Source: an uncultured delta proteobacterium (GTDB lineage: Bacteria; Desulfobacterota; Binatia; UBA9968). From it: DNA of 64,000 bases. The DNA is taken from positions 75,635 to 139,634 of the forward strand of contig CAVTUQ010000027.1 in NCBI GenBank assembly GCA_963737905.1. Direction: 5' to 3'. This document shows, one piece after another, positions 25,305 to 38,017 of the stretch. The translations under genes and the position numbers were made by a program. The first letter of the stretch is position 1. Every line of letters starts with the position of its first letter. Under the pieces are notes generated by a model that saw nothing but the letters and a program-made list of their open reading frames with translations, ran no database searches and was not told the origin of the DNA.

Positions 25305-25499
25305 TCAGGCATCCCGAATGTCCCTACTCTGCTTTTTGTAGAAAATCGAGATATCTCGCTTGCGAAACCTCCACTGCTTACCTTTTTTGAAGGCCGGCAG
25401 AATGTTTTTGCGGGCGAATTCATTCACAGTGTCTGGGCTCAAATCCAGTATTACAGCAACTTGCCTGCTGTTCAATAGTTCCTCTTCTCTTTCCGTCAT
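25305..25499 (-). CDS. Small excisionase/BldC-like HTH DNA-binding protein
   Basis: LLNSRQVAVILDLSPDTV..FAR.NILPAFK.GKQWRFRK (HTH_17 pattern); G-rich RBS. Confidence 0.85.
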   Translation of the reverse strand: MTEREEELLNSRQVAVILDLSPDTVNEFARKNILPAFKKGKQWRFRKRDISIFYKKQSRDIRDA

Positions 25500-25681
25500 T
25501 TGGAACCCCCCTCTCTGAGGATGGTCGTCAGTCGTCAAAAAGTTTTTGTTATCTAACAAGTTCACCAGAGGCTGTCAAGGCAAATACGCAACCGGCATGG
25601 TTTATTCTGGTAATTGCACTCGTGAAAAAATGCTGCGCCTGGCCTTGCCGGGACGCAGCCGCCATCAAGCTATCACTCCTG

Positions 25682-27730
25682 TCACCGAGCGTGGGGGTCG
25701 GCAAAGACCCGAATCGGAAGAATCATCATGTCGAGTCCGGCGAATTGAAGCTTTTGCTGCAACGTGGCTGGCGTGTGATTATGGAGAAACCGGCTGATTG
25801 CATTTTCCTCCTGAAAAACGAGCTTGCCGGAAAAAAAGACTGATCTTGGAAAATCCTGGACGACAGCGGTGCAAAGCTCTTCCAGCTCCGCCATGAGATC
25901 AACGCCCAAGGAGTAGCGATATTCGGCGTACCAACCGAGGCAATTGGCGAACTCGACGAAACTCTTGAGATCTTCTTCTTTGGCTCGCCGAAGATTTTCG
26001 ATTTCCCTCTGCCCTTTGAACTGTCCAGAATCGATGACGCCAACCGAAATGAAAACGACATTCTTAAAGTGATTCGGAAACAACCTCGGAATGGTGAGCA
26101 ACGCGTGAACCGCGACGCCATCAAAATCGCGCACGATGATTGCAGCGGTAGGGGCCGTTGGGCTCTTTGGCGGAACGGGCTCTTTGAGATTCGGATGAAA
26201 AGGAATGGTTAGAAGCGTGTCGTCGAGGCGCTTGAGCGCGCGCCGCACCCGAGCGTAGTGAGAGTGGACAAAGATGCAAAGCGAGATAAAACAGAAAGTC
26301 ACAAGCAAAGTAACCCATCCGCCCTCTGCGAATTTGATCGTGACGGTGACGGCTAGGATCGTTCCCGTCAGGAGCAAGCCAACTCCATTGACGCAAAACT
26401 TTCGCAGCCAAACGGTCTCGGTTCTTCTCACCTCCCACCAGTGCCTGCACATGCCGAGCTGGGAAAGGGTGAAAGTTAGGAAAACATTGATGCTGTACAT
26501 CACCACCAAGAGATTCACCCGGCCCTGCGTGTAGAGAAGGAAACTCAGGGAGGTGAGTCCCATGAACCAAATACCGTCCCGTGTGACCAACTGGTCGCTC
26601 AGGAGAGAGAAGCGGTGCGGCGCCCAAGAATCCAACGCCATATTGGAGAGCACACGCGGGCCATCGATAAAACCGGCCTGCGCCGCCACCAGCAATATTG
26701 CCGCTACGGCGACAAGTGTGGAAATGACCAGCGTGGCGGCCAGCGAACTTCCGCTACCCAAAATGCCGCCGTAGATTTTATCAAGCAGGCTGGCGTTCAA
26801 AGTCCTGCCGGGCTCGTGGACGACTTGGTGCAACAGGTAGCAAAGTAAAATCCCGCTGGCGGTAAACGCGAGAGAAACCGCCATGTAGAGCATGGTTCTT
26901 TTTCCGGTCTCCGCCCGCGGTTCACGCAAGATCTGGAGGCCGTTACTAACCGCTTCGATGCCGGTGTAAGTGCCGCCACCCAGACTGTAAGCGTGGAGGA
27001 GTATCGCCAAGGTTGCCCAGATCCCGATACCACGCACGTCGCCCAGAGATTCCTGCAAGGAACTGGAAACGACGGTTGGAAGTTCGCCGATCCGTGTTCC
27101 CACCCCCAAGGTGATGGCGACCCCGTGGGTGAGCACAAACAAAAGAAAGATCGGCAAAAGAAACTGGATGGACTCCTTGGTACCGCGCAGATTGAGAAAG
27201 ATCAGCCCCAGGATAAAGAAGACTTCGGTGAATAGTTTTAGGCCCTGCAGCGATGACGGGAGAAAGCTGAAAAGCGCGTCGGCGCCGCTGGCCACGGAGA
27301 TGGTGATCGTCAGCATGTAGTCGACGACGAGAGCCGAACCCGAAACCAAGCCGGCCTTTTCCCCGAGAAGCTTCGTCGCGACTAAGTAGCCCCCGCCGCC
27401 CGTTGGGAACAGTTCAATAATCTGCGAATAACTAGCCGAGATAACGAAGACCGTAGTGGCCATCATAATGGCCAGCGGCAAAGCCAGGAGGGAATGCTGT
27501 CCCAGTGCCAAGTAGGCTTCCTCAGGACCGTAGGCCGAGGAACTCAAACCATCGGCGCCCAGCCCTACCCAGGCCAGGAACGCAATAAGCGAGATCTGAT
27601 GAAAAACCTTAGGATCGAGAGGATCTTTCGGTTTGCCGAGCAGGAAGTCCTTAAACGAAGCGAAGCCGTTGCTGCCCACGGTGTTTCCCCGCCCTGATCC
27701 ATACCAGAGTTTCCGTGCCAGGAGAACCAT
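25682..27730 (-). CDS. APC-family permease (KimA-like putative K+ transporter)
   Basis: GADGLSSSAYGPEE, GGGGYLVA, TGIEAVSNG, YSINVFLTF, KFAEGGW; start codon uncertain. Confidence 0.8.
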   Translation of the reverse strand: MVLLARKLWYGSGRGNTVGSNGFASFKDFLLGKPKDPLDPKVFHQISLIAFLAWVGLGADGLSSSAYGPEEAYLALGQHSLLALPLAIMMATTVFVISASYSQIIELFPTGGGGYLVATKLLGEKAGLVSGSALVVDYMLTITISVASGADALFSFLPSSLQGLKLFTEVFFILGLIFLNLRGTKESIQFLLPIFLLFVLTHGVAITLGVGTRIGELPTVVSSSLQESLGDVRGIGIWATLAILLHAYSLGGGTYTGIEAVSNGLQILREPRAETGKRTMLYMAVSLAFTASGILLCYLLHQVVHEPGRTLNASLLDKIYGGILGSGSSLAATLVISTLVAVAAILLVAAQAGFIDGPRVLSNMALDSWAPHRFSLLSDQLVTRDGIWFMGLTSLSFLLYTQGRVNLLVVMYSINVFLTFTLSQLGMCRHWWEVRRTETVWLRKFCVNGVGLLLTGTILAVTVTIKFAEGGWVTLLVTFCFISLCIFVHSHYARVRRALKRLDDTLLTIPFHPNLKEPVPPKSPTAPTAAIIVRDFDGVAVHALLTIPRLFPNHFKNVVFISVGVIDSGQFKGQREIENLRRAKEEDLKSFVEFANCLGWYAEYRYSLGVDLMAELEELCTAVVQDFPRSVFFSGKLVFQEENAISRFLHNHTPATLQQKLQFAGLDMMILPIRVFADPHAR

Positions 27731-27902
27731 GCCACAAGACACGTTAGTCACGGCGCGCTGGACGAAAGTGGATGGATGAATTCGTGAGATCCGTTTCAAC
27801 GCAAAGCTGGCTTGCGCCTTTACCGGAGTTCCTTTAGCATAAATTCCGTCGATACAACGGTGGTGCCAAAGCAGACAGAATCCGATCGCTTTCACCCTTT
27901 CT

Positions 27903-30900
27903 ATGCGAAAAATTCTCAAGTTCTTCGGCGTCTTTCTTTTCACGCTGGCGCTCTTAGTCATCGTCGCCTCGATTGCGTTCTACCATTTGATCCGCACCGG
28001 CGACTTGCGCCGGTTTTTGGTTAGTGAAATCGAGGCCAAAACCGAGTTCAAAGTGCAGCTCGGCGAGGCGGACTTGGCGATAGGGCGAATCCTGGGAGTC
28101 GGGTTTAGTGACTTCGCGCTTTCCGAATCCGACGCAACGCGACCCGTTATCACTGCCCAGCGGATTACCGCCCGGGTAGCCTTGATGCCACTGTTTGAGC
28201 GGAAGCTGATTCTTTATGGAGTGCGTTTGTACAAGCCCACCGCTCGTTTGGTGCGCGACAAGGAGGGGCGGATTCCGCTGCTCGAAAAATTGCGCAACCT
28301 GCCCTTCTTGACTAAAGAAGCAACCCAATTGGGTCTCGATCTACAGGCGATCGGCATCCAACACGGCGAGGTTGACTTTGAAGATCAACAACCTGAGAAA
28401 GGACCGCGAACCACGCGGTTTCGCGATATTGATCTCCAGGTCCAACGGATTCGCGGTCAAAGGTTGCTGGACTTTGTCAAACAAGTCGCAAATCTAAAAC
28501 GACCGCAGCCGCAGGGAGCGGCGCTGGATTTCGACCTAAAGAGCGAGGTTGGAACAGATAACGAGAATACCACCTTGCGAACGAAGGGAAGGATGGTGTT
28601 CCCCGAAGAGACTCTAGAATTCCGCAAAGCATGGTGGACCCTGGATATGCAGCTCAACAACCTGTCTGCCGAACTCGTGCGGCAGTACGGCGTCGTTCAA
28701 TGGCCGGTGAAAACCGTGAGGGGTGTTTTTGCGCCACGATTTCACATCGAAGGTAGCCCGGCGGATCGAGTCCGACTCGCGAGGCGCTCTGCCATTTAAA
28801 CAGCTCGTCATCGATGCCCCGGATCTTTTTACTGCGCCGCTCTCGCCCGGGGACGGGCAAGCGGAGGTTGATATCGATTGGCAACCCCAGCGGCTCGGCA
28901 TTGCTCTTTTTGATTTTCGTTCAAAGGATCTAAAATTCACGGTGAAGGGGGAGACGCGGCTGAACGCCGCCAATGACACTCAGGTTCAATTGAATCTCTC
29001 GGCGCCTTGGCTGCCTCTCGTTGTGTTGCGCAAGTATCTCCCGCTAAAGACGATGGGTTCGCCGCCACTGGAAAGATTCACGGAGGGGCTGCAGGAAGGC
29101 GAGCTGCAACTGAAAAATCTCGGAATCAACGGGACTCTCGGTGAACTTCGAAATGCAGGCGCAGAGCGCGGCTCGAGGGCGGGTTTGGTTTGAGGGTGAG
29201 TTGCGTAACGTCGGTTGGAAACTGAACGCAGACCATGATCTCCCCATTCAAGGGGCACAGGGCCTGATCCGCCTCGAAAAGGGCGTATTTACCTTTACGG
29301 AACTAAAGGGAAATTACGGTCAATCACGCTTCACCGACGTCGACGGCACCTACCAGCTGGCGCCGGAGAGCAAGGGAAATCTAGACATCCGTGCCGTTGG
29401 CGAGTTGGATCTAGCGGAATTGCGTGAGCAAATGAAGCTCGGAATGTTGCCTTCTCAGGTGGCTTCGTCGCTGGAAGAGTTGGGAGGTAAGGGACGAATC
29501 GACCTCAGTCTGCAGCGATCGGGCGACTCGGCACCTCAATTTGAGGGAAAGGTCACATTGGACAACGCCCGTTTGCGCTTCGATGACGATTTCTCTCACG
29601 GAAATCAAGAGGAGATCTCGCCTGGTCTCGCCGCCGAGATTCGTACGGAAAAGCTGAGCGCGCTGCTGTCCAATTCCCCCGTGCAGCATCAGTTGTCGCT
29701 GGGCAATTACGCCTCGGACGGACGGCGCCTTCGACCTCCGGGTCGAATCAACGGGCGTCAGAGCTGGAACCGTCAGCCGTCTGCTCCTTTCCACGGGATC
29801 TTTTGACGACCCGGGTATGGTCAGCGGTTCGGTCCGCTACTATGGCGCACTGGGAGGAAAAGGAGATCGGAAGTTCACCGGCAACTTGGATCTTTTCGGC
29901 GTCAAGCTTGATCATAAACCCTTTTTGCAACCGCTTCGAGAGCTCAGCGGTCGCGTGAGCTTCGATGAAACGGGTATCGACTTTCGGAATTTGAAAGGAC
30001 TGCTGGTCGGGTTTCCCGTGGAATTCGGTGGGCGATGGCGCTACACGCAAGAGCCGCAGTTGGTTTTTAGCCTTGCTGCTCCGACGTTGGATGTCGGCTA
30101 CCTGCTGACTCAGATCGATCCCGAATCCGCTGAGTGGTACGAGACCCTCACAGCGCAAGGCAAAGTTAACCTCGCCAAGGGTCGAATGAGGGGTTGGGAA
30201 TTCACTGAGTTGAAGACCGATCTTGACCTCGATCGCCGCGTGTGGAAGCTAGAGAACGTTGCCGCTAGCTCGGCGGGGGGTGTGGTGCAGGGGGTCGCCA
30301 CCATCGCAGACAAACCCGATACGGTCAGGTTTGCGCTGACGCCCAAGATCCAGGGCGCCTCGGTTCAAGGCATGCTGAATTGGTTTGAAGCGAGCCAAGC
30401 CGAGGTGACGGGCAAGGTCAACATGACCGGTAACCTGGAATCGGTGGGAAAAGATGGCCCGGAGCGGAAACGAAATTTGAACGGAGCATTGGGTTTGCGC
30501 ATAGAGGATGGGACGATTCACCGGCTGCGCTTGGTGGTGCAAATATTGAATCTCTTGGATCTGTCCCGATGGTTCAGCTCTGAAACTGCCTGATCTTAAC
30601 AAAGAGGGTATTCGTTTCCGCACGATTTCAGGTGACTTTACCGTGCAGCAGGGCGTGTTTTCTAACGCAGAACCTGATTGTCGATAGCGATGATTTGCGC
30701 ATGACCGGCGGCGGCAAGATCGACATCGCGAATGATAAAATTGAGTTTCGTCCTTGCGGTGCGTCCTTTCGCCGGAATCGACACGGTGATCAATTACATC
30801 CCTTTGATCGGTCGAGGCATCGCGGCCATCAAAAATTCTTTTTTGGTTGCAAGCTTCAATATCAGGGGTCCGATCGAAGAGCCCACTATCACTCCAGCGC

Positions 30901-31052
30901 CGCTGGGCACGATGTCGGAATGGGTTTTCGGCGTTCTTGGAATTCCGAAGCATATTATTGGGTGGGGAGGAGGATGGAAAAAAAGAGGAACCTCAAAACA
31001 GCCCGCCAAAGGAGTCTCACAAGGACGACAAGCTCCTCCAACGACGAAATGA
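27903..31052 (+). CDS. AsmA-like/YhdP-type large envelope protein broken by several frameshifts
   Basis: N-terminal TM anchor and beta-rich sequence across consecutive ORFs 27903-28799, 28723-29193, 29141-29806, 29817-30593, 30732-31052; AsmA-like C-terminus (IPLIG..F.IRG.IEEPTI). Confidence 0.75.
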
Positions 31053-31298
31053 AAGCCCAACTGCAGCTCTACACGAGAAAAGATTGCTGCCTCTGCGAGG
31101 AGATGAAATCAACCCTTAGCCGGGTCGGCGGGCCGGGTTCCGTTTGCGCTCGAAGAAATCGATGTCGATACGTCGCCCGCGTTACAGGGAAAATATGGCA
31201 ACGACGTCCCGGTGTTGTTCATCAATGGTCGCAAGGCATTCAAGCATCGGTTGACGGCTAGGGAATTGGAGAAGAGGTTAAAGCGCCAAGGAAGTTAA
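31049..31298 (+). CDS. Glutaredoxin-like protein (DUF836 type); frameshift near 31130
   Basis: MKAQLQLYTRKDCCLCEEM... then LEEIDVD....KYGNDVPVLFINGRKAFKHRL in a second frame. Confidence 0.75.
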
Positions 31299-31371
31299 AT
31301 TACTTACAACCTGGCTTCCGTTACTTGATAAGATAGGGAGTTCGCTATGGCCCGCAAATTGTTTGCCGGCG

Positions 31372-33228
31372 TCAATCTTTTTCTTCTTGCCGCCGTCTGG
31401 GACGATCGGATTGCTTGAGGATTTTTTTTCGCAGGCGAATCGACTCCGGCGTCACTTCCACTAACTCGTCGTCGGCGATCCATTCGATCCCCTCTTCCAG
31501 CCCCATCTCCCGGTGCGGTGAGATGATGATATTCTCATCGCGGCCCGCGGCACGAATATTGGTCAGCTTTTTTTCACGACAAATGTTGACGTTGAGATCG
31601 ACATCGCGAGAATACTCCCCCACGACCATCCCTTCGTAAACCCGGTCGCCGGGCGAAATGAAAATTATGCCACGTTCTTGCAAGTGAAAAATGGCGTAGG
31701 GCGTTGCGACGCCTTCACGATCGGCAACCATTGCGCCGTTGCTCCGGGCTTGGATGGCGCCGTGCCATGGCGCCCACCCGTCAAAGAGCGCGTTCATGAT
31801 GCCCGTTCCGCGCGTGTCCGTCAGGAACCGGGAGCGAAAACCGATGAGCCCGCGTGACGGGACCGAGAACTCCAGGCGTACTCGGCTCGACCCGGGGTGG
31901 ATCATCTTCGTCATCTTTCCTTTGCGCATTGCCAACAGCTGTGAGACGACACCGATAAAGTCTTCTGGAACATCTATGACCAACAACTCCACGGGTTCGT
32001 GGAGCGTGCCGTTGACCTCGCGAGTGACAACGGTGGGCTTGGACACCTGCAGCTCGTAGCCCTCGCGACGCATGGTCTCGATGATGATCGCGAGCTGAAA
32101 TTCGCCGCGGCCGGTGACCTGGAAGGAGTCCGGTTGCTCGGTATCGACGATACGGAGGCTGACGTTCTTTTTCTGCTCGTAAAAGAGTCGTTCTCTGAGC
32201 TTGCGCGAGGTCACGAATTCGCCCTCGCGCCCCGACCAGGGCGAATTGTTCGCGCTGAAAACCATTGCGATGGTGGGCTCGTCGATGCGCAGGGCAGGAA
32301 GCGGCTTAGGATTCTCGCGGTCGGCGATGGTGTCGCCGATGCCGATGTCCTCAATGCCGGCGACAGCGACGATGTCGCCGGCCTCCGCGGAGGCCAGTTC
32401 AATACGCTTTAAACCCCGCCAACCATAAATTTGGGTTATCTTTACAGGTTGTTGCGTGCCGTCAACGCGGCAGAGAGTGTATGTGCCGGTGGCCAAGCCG
32501 CCATTTTTGACGCGCCCGATGGCGAGGCGCCCGACGTAGTCGTTGTAATCGAGGTTGTTGGCTTGAAACTGGGTCGGTGCGGCGGGGTCCACCACAGGCC
32601 CCGGCAAGGTCTCGACGATCAGATCGAAAAGCGGCTTCAGATTGCCGGCCGGTTGGGTCAAATGGCGGGTAGCGGTTCCCGCGCGGGCATTGGAGTAAAC
32701 CACAGGGAAATCCAGCTGGTCTTCGGTGGCGTCGAGGTCGATGAACAAGTCGTAGATCTCGTCCAGGACTTCGGCGACGCGGGCGTCGGGGCGGTCGATT
32801 TTATTGATGCAAACGATGGGCGGCAGTTTGGCCTCCAGAGCTTTTTTCAACACGAAACGGGTTTGCGGTAGCGGCCCTTCGGAAGCATCCACGAGTAACA
32901 TTACGCCGTCGACCATAGCCAGGGTGCGCTCGACCTCCCCGCCAAAATCGGCGTGGCCAGGCGTGTCTACAATATTGATCTTAACTCTGCCGTAATGGAT
33001 GGTCGTGTTTTTCGCCATAATCGTGATGCCTCGTTCGCGTTCCAGTTCCATGGAGTCCATCACGCGCTCGGCCACTTGTTCATTGGCCCGGAAGATACCG
33101 CTTTGGTGCAGCATGGCATCGACCAGAGTCGTCTTGCCGTGGTCGACGTGGGCGATGATCGCGATATTGCGGATATCATCGCGTCGGCTTGTCATTAACG
33201 ATGTCATGCATCTGTTATTAGGGAGCAT
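31372..33228 (-). CDS. typA: Translational GTPase TypA/BipA
   Basis: [61 protein letters not shown]. Confidence 0.97.
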   Translation of the reverse strand: MLPNNRCMTSLMTSRRDDIRNIAIIAHVDHGKTTLVDAMLHQSGIFRANEQVAERVMDSMELERERGITIMAKNTTIHYGRVKINIVDTPGHADFGGEVERTLAMVDGVMLLVDASEGPLPQTRFVLKKALEAKLPPIVCINKIDRPDARVAEVLDEIYDLFIDLDATEDQLDFPVVYSNARAGTATRHLTQPAGNLKPLFDLIVETLPGPVVDPAAPTQFQANNLDYNDYVGRLAIGRVKNGGLATGTYTLCRVDGTQQPVKITQIYGWRGLKRIELASAEAGDIVAVAGIEDIGIGDTIADRENPKPLPALRIDEPTIAMVFSANNSPWSGREGEFVTSRKLRERLFYEQKKNVSLRIVDTEQPDSFQVTGRGEFQLAIIIETMRREGYELQVSKPTVVTREVNGTLHEPVELLVIDVPEDFIGVVSQLLAMRKGKMTKMIHPGSSRVRLEFSVPSRGLIGFRSRFLTDTRGTGIMNALFDGWAPWHGAIQARSNGAMVADREGVATPYAIFHLQERGIIFISPGDRVYEGMVVGEYSRDVDLNVNICREKKLTNIRAAGRDENIIISPHREMGLEEGIEWIADDELVEVTPESIRLRKKILKQSDRPRRRQEEKD

Positions 33229-33281
33229 TTCACCGTTGTCAAGTTGTGGTTTATCTGCCTGTAGAGTAAATTTATAGGTTA

Positions 33282-35021
33282 ATGGGTCGACTTAAGACCT
33301 ACCTATGGCGCTATTGGCGGCGTTATCTGGTGGGCGGAATTTGCTTGTTCGGTACCGCCACCTTGGTCATGTGGATCCCGTGGTGGATCCGGGATGCCAT
33401 CCGCATCATCGAGAATGGCGGATCGATTGCGGACGCCAGGTTTTACGCCGCGCTGATCGGAGGGGCGGCGCTGATACAGGGAGTCGTGCGGACATTTTCT
33501 CGCGCCCTGATCTTCAATGCCGGGCGTGACGTCGAATACGATCTACGCAACGATCTGTTTGCACATCTACAAAAGCTGCCGCTGTCGTTCTATCACTCCC
33601 AAAGAACCGGAGACTTGATGTCTCGGGTGATCAACGATATCTCCGCTGTCCGGGTGATGCTTGGTCCCGGCATCCTGAATTTCGTCAATGCGCCGGTTTA
33701 CCTCGTGTACGCCGTCGTTTTGATGCTTTCGATGGACGTTCGCCTGACATTGGCGGCTTTGGCGCCCTTCCCGCTGTTGATATTTGCGGTGGCGAAGTTC
33801 CGCGGCAGCATCCTGAAAAGTTCCCTGGAGGTGCAGCAGCAGATGTCAGCCCTTAGCAGCCACGTGCAGGAAAACTTGAGCGGTATGCACGTCGTAAAGG
33901 CCTATACGCAGGAGGGGTTTCAAACCCGCCAGTTTGTCGCGCTGAACGATGACTTTCAGGCTAAGAGCCTGGAGTTGGCCAAAATGCGCGGCATCATTAC
34001 TCCGATCATGCAAGGCTTCAATGCCCTGACGGTCTTGATCGTCCTCTGGTATGGCGGCGTTCGAGTCATTCGTGGCGACTTGCTCGTCGCCGACATCGTC
34101 GCCTTTGTCGCTTACCTCAACGTGCTGGCGTGGCCCACAGCGGCGTTCGGCTGGATGCTTTCACTGGTCGAGCGAGGTCGCGCCGCAATGAAGCGTCTCG
34201 AGGAAATCTTGAAAACCGCGCCCGAGATCGCCAGTCCTCAAGACCCGCTGCCGATCCGCGGCTTGAAAGAGGCCATCGAATTCCGCAACGTCTCGTTTGC
34301 CTATAGCCGGCAACACAACGGTCATGCCGCCGTCGAGAACATCAATTTCTCACTTCCCGTCGGCCGATCGGTTGGACTCGTCGGCCGGATTGGATCGGGA
34401 AAAACCACTGTGGCGCAGTTGGTGCCGCGGCTATTCGATGTCTCCTCGGGCGCAATTCTCATGGACGGACAGGATATCCGAAAGCTTTCCCTGCGCGAGC
34501 TTCGCAAAACCCTGGGTTATGTTTCCCAAGACCCATTTCTCTTTTCGACCTCCCTGCGGCGCAATTTGGCCTTTGGCCGGGACGAAGTCTCCGATGAAGA
34601 ATTGGCGCGGGCCGTGGGGATCGCCAAGCTGGATCGTGATTTGGCGATCTTTCCCCAGGGGATGGAGACCATCGTCGGTGAACGCGGCGTGACCCTCTCC
34701 GGGGGGCAAAAACAGAGGGCCACACTGGCGCGTGCGCTGGTCATGGATCCACCGGTGCTCATTCTCGATGATTGTCTTTCCAGTGTCGACGCGCAAACCG
34801 AAGCCGAGATTTTGCAGGGACTCAGGGCGATTCTCAAGGAGAAGACCTGCCTCATCATTTCGCACCGGATCTCAGCGGTAAAAGAGGCGGACGAGATTTT
34901 GGTCCTGGACGAGGGGAAGATTATCGAGCGGGGCACTCACGAGGAGCTGGTCAATCGCGGCGGCGTTTATGCCGACCTGTATCAACAGCAGCAGCTGAGC
35001 GAGGAGTTGGAGCAGATCTAG
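33282..35021 (+). CDS. ABC exporter subunit (TMD+NBD), degenerate Walker B
   Basis: [22 protein letters not shown]; 6-TM N-terminus. Confidence 0.92.
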   Translation: MGRLKTYLWRYWRRYLVGGICLFGTATLVMWIPWWIRDAIRIIENGGSIADARFYAALIGGAALIQGVVRTFSRALIFNAGRDVEYDLRNDLFAHLQKLPLSFYHSQRTGDLMSRVINDISAVRVMLGPGILNFVNAPVYLVYAVVLMLSMDVRLTLAALAPFPLLIFAVAKFRGSILKSSLEVQQQMSALSSHVQENLSGMHVVKAYTQEGFQTRQFVALNDDFQAKSLELAKMRGIITPIMQGFNALTVLIVLWYGGVRVIRGDLLVADIVAFVAYLNVLAWPTAAFGWMLSLVERGRAAMKRLEEILKTAPEIASPQDPLPIRGLKEAIEFRNVSFAYSRQHNGHAAVENINFSLPVGRSVGLVGRIGSGKTTVAQLVPRLFDVSSGAILMDGQDIRKLSLRELRKTLGYVSQDPFLFSTSLRRNLAFGRDEVSDEELARAVGIAKLDRDLAIFPQGMETIVGERGVTLSGGQKQRATLARALVMDPPVLILDDCLSSVDAQTEAEILQGLRAILKEKTCLIISHRISAVKEADEILVLDEGKIIERGTHEELVNRGGVYADLYQQQQLSEELEQI

Positions 35022-36839
35022 ATGGCCGAACCGTCTCAGCAAGAAGAGATCCTCGGCAAAGCCTACGATATCCGGCTGATCAGGCGGCTGTGGAAGTTTA
35101 TAGTCCCTTACAAGCGTCTGTTCTGGATAGCGATGCTGCTTTTGCCCCTTCAACAGGCCTTCGGCCTGGCGCAGCCCTATCTGATGAAGGTCGGCATCGA
35201 TCAGTATATCGCCGGTCGAGATCTCAAGGGACTCCAAGGTGTGGGGCTACTTTTTCTCGGTGCCGTGGTGGGGGAGACTGTCGTTTTGTTTTTCCACTAT
35301 TACCTCTCCATGCTCGTGGCGCAGCGCTGCCTGGCTGATCTGCGCGTCGCCGTCTTCTCCCACGTCCAGCAGCTCCCGATGAGTTATTTCGATCGCAACC
35401 CCGTGGGCCGGCTGGTGACGCGCATGACCACGGACGTCGATGTTTTGCAGGAGATGTTCTCTTCCGGTGTCATGACCCTGATCTCGGATTTCGTGATGGT
35501 GTTTTGGATCATCGGTATCATGTTCTATCTTCACGTGGAGTTGGCTTTGGTTTCCCTGGCACTGATCCCGCCGATGGCAGTGGCGATCAATTTCTTTCGG
35601 GTCAAGGCGCGCACGACCTATCGCCAAATCCGCGAACGGATCGCGCGGATTAACGCCTATCTGGCGGAGGCGATCTCGGGCATGGGAGTGATTCAGCTCT
35701 TCGCCCGGGAGGAGAAAAGTTATCGCGAGTTCGACAAGCTCAACTCGGACCATCGGGAAGCGTACCACCTTTCAAATCTCTATGAAGCGTCGCTCTACTC
35801 AATGGTCGAAGCCGCGGGTTCGGTAAGTGTGGCGCTGCTGCTCTGGTACGGCGGCGGGGAGGTTCTCCACGCCGTTATCGGTATCGGCACGTTGGTTGCC
35901 TTCAAAGAGTACATCAACCGTTTTTTTGTGCCGCTGCGTGATTTCAGCCAGAAATATGCGGTGATGCAGTCCGCGATGTCTTCGGCGGAGCGCATCTTCC
36001 AGCTTCTCGATACGCCGGTGACGATCGAGAGTTCCAAGAACGCGCTGATTCCGAAACCGTTCCGCGGCGAAGTCGTCTTCGACAACGTCTGGTTTTACTA
36101 CAAACCGGACGATCCGGTGCTCAAAGGCGTGTCGTTCCGAATCGAGCCGGGAGAGAAAGTAGCGGTGGTCGGGGCCACGGGCGCCGGCAAGACAACCACC
36201 ATCAAGCTGCTCAACCGCTTCTATGACATCCAAAAGGGCTCCATCAAAGTCAGCGGCGTGGACGTGCGCGAGTGGGACTTGCAGGCGCTGCGCCAGCACA
36301 TCGGGGTGGTTTTGCAGGATGTCTTTCTCTTTTCGGGAGACGTGCGTGCCAACCTGTCCCTTGGAGACCGCTCGGTTTCGATGGACAGGATTGAAAAGGC
36401 GGCCCAATTTGCCAACGCGGATCGTTTTATTCAATGCCTTCCGGGCACGTTTGACGCTCAAGTGCGGGAGCGCGGCAGCAATTTTTCCGCCGGCCAACGG
36501 CAACTGTTGTCGTTGGCGCGAGTGCTGGTATTTCAGCCTGAGATTCTAGTCATGGATGAGGCGACTTCGAGCGTGGACACGGAAACCGAGCTGCTGATTC
36601 AAGACGCTCTGGATAAGGTTATGAAAGATCGGACGTGCCTCGTCATAGCGCATCGTCTTTCGACCATTCGCAACGCGGATCGCATTATCGTTTTGCATCA
36701 CGGCGAAGTCCGGGAGGTGGGTTCACACGCGGAGCTGATGGAGCGCCGGGGCATCTATTATCGTCTCTATCAGCTTCAGTACGAGCGCGAAGAGTTAAAA
36801 CTTGCGACCTATGATGCGGCGGCCAAGATCCATGACTGA
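35022..36839 (+). CDS. ABC exporter partner subunit (heterodimeric YheI/YheH type)
   Basis: GATGAGKTT, FSAGQRQ, LVMDEATS, IAHRLST; adjacent to its paralogue. Confidence 0.92.
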   Translation: MAEPSQQEEILGKAYDIRLIRRLWKFIVPYKRLFWIAMLLLPLQQAFGLAQPYLMKVGIDQYIAGRDLKGLQGVGLLFLGAVVGETVVLFFHYYLSMLVAQRCLADLRVAVFSHVQQLPMSYFDRNPVGRLVTRMTTDVDVLQEMFSSGVMTLISDFVMVFWIIGIMFYLHVELALVSLALIPPMAVAINFFRVKARTTYRQIRERIARINAYLAEAISGMGVIQLFAREEKSYREFDKLNSDHREAYHLSNLYEASLYSMVEAAGSVSVALLLWYGGGEVLHAVIGIGTLVAFKEYINRFFVPLRDFSQKYAVMQSAMSSAERIFQLLDTPVTIESSKNALIPKPFRGEVVFDNVWFYYKPDDPVLKGVSFRIEPGEKVAVVGATGAGKTTTIKLLNRFYDIQKGSIKVSGVDVREWDLQALRQHIGVVLQDVFLFSGDVRANLSLGDRSVSMDRIEKAAQFANADRFIQCLPGTFDAQVRERGSNFSAGQRQLLSLARVLVFQPEILVMDEATSSVDTETELLIQDALDKVMKDRTCLVIAHRLSTIRNADRIIVLHHGEVREVGSHAELMERRGIYYRLYQLQYEREELKLATYDAAAKIHD

Positions 36840-38017
36840 TCGAAGCAGAATTTGGCCAAAGTTGACCTCATCATACCATCGACTCGAAATAAATCTTCAT
36901 AAGATTCTGTGGCTTATAGCTATGCTCGGCGTTTTGGGTTCCGTGATTTCAGGCTGTTCTCCGTTTTACGTCATCCGCGCCGCCTATGAAGAAGGGAAAA
37001 TTCTATGGCGGCGGGAACCTATCCCCGAGTACCTCGAAAAGCCGGAGCTGGCGGCGGATACTCAGGACAAGTTGAAGCTGGTCTTGGCTGTTCGTGAGTA
37101 CGCGCGGGATGTTCTCAAGCTCAATGTCGGTGGCAGCTATTCCAGCTATTCCTATGTCGATCGCCCGGACCTGACTTATATTCTTACCGCAGCGCCGCGG
37201 ACTGAACTGCGGCCCTACACGTGGTGGTTCCTGATCATCGGTCGCGTTCCTTACAAAGGATACTTTTCCAAGGAGGACGCTGCTGCCGCAGCCAAAGAGC
37301 TTGAAGACGCTGGCTACGATACCAACATACGAACGTCCGCCGCCTTCAGTACGCTCGGATGGTTCGATGACCCGCTGCTCTCCCACCTGTTGCGCTACGA
37401 CAAAGTTACCTTGGCGGAAGTCGTCTTTCATGAGCTGTTTCACAACACGTTGTACGTCAAGGGCGCCGGCGCGTTTAATGAAAGCGTCGCGAATTTCGTC
37501 GGCGGGCGCTCGGCCATCGATTTTTTCCGCGACCGCTTTGGCGCGGAGAGCCCAGAACACAAACGAGCCATCCGCGCCTGGGAGGAAGAGCTGGAGTTTT
37601 CGGCATTTATCGCAAAGCTTGCCGCATCCCTCGACGAGCTCTATGCGAAGGACATTCCCGAGGAAGACAAGCTTCGTCTTCGTCAAGGAGTTTTCGCTCG
37701 CGCCAAAGAGGAATGGTCGGAATGGATCGCCAACCATCCGACACATCGGTTCCGACATTTTGCTGCAACAGCCGCTCAACAATGCTGTGATTATTCAATC
37801 CATGCTCTACCTTAAGGATCTTAAATTGTTCGAGGCGCTGTACGAGGCGGAAGGCAAAAATCTCGTTCAAACCATCGATTCGATTCGCGAGGCCGTGGCG
37901 AAAGGCGGTGAACCGTTTGAGGCGGTTCAGAGCCTGCTTAACAACCGCGTTCCTCGCGCGGAAGAGTTTAAGGTTCAATGTTCAAGGTTCAACGTACGAG
38001 ACCGCTTGTCTCGTTGA
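36832..38017 (+). CDS. Putative zinc aminopeptidase lipoprotein (DUF2265 type); frameshift near 37760
   Basis: Lipobox-like ISGC; GRVPYKGYF, AFSTLGWFDDP, FHELFH (HExxH), FNESVA. Confidence 0.8.

Noticed and set aside
27731-27902. c-di-AMP riboswitch upstream of the KimA-like transporter
   Set aside because: No recognisable ydaO motif; only a weak sigma-54-like TGGCAC-N5-TTGT
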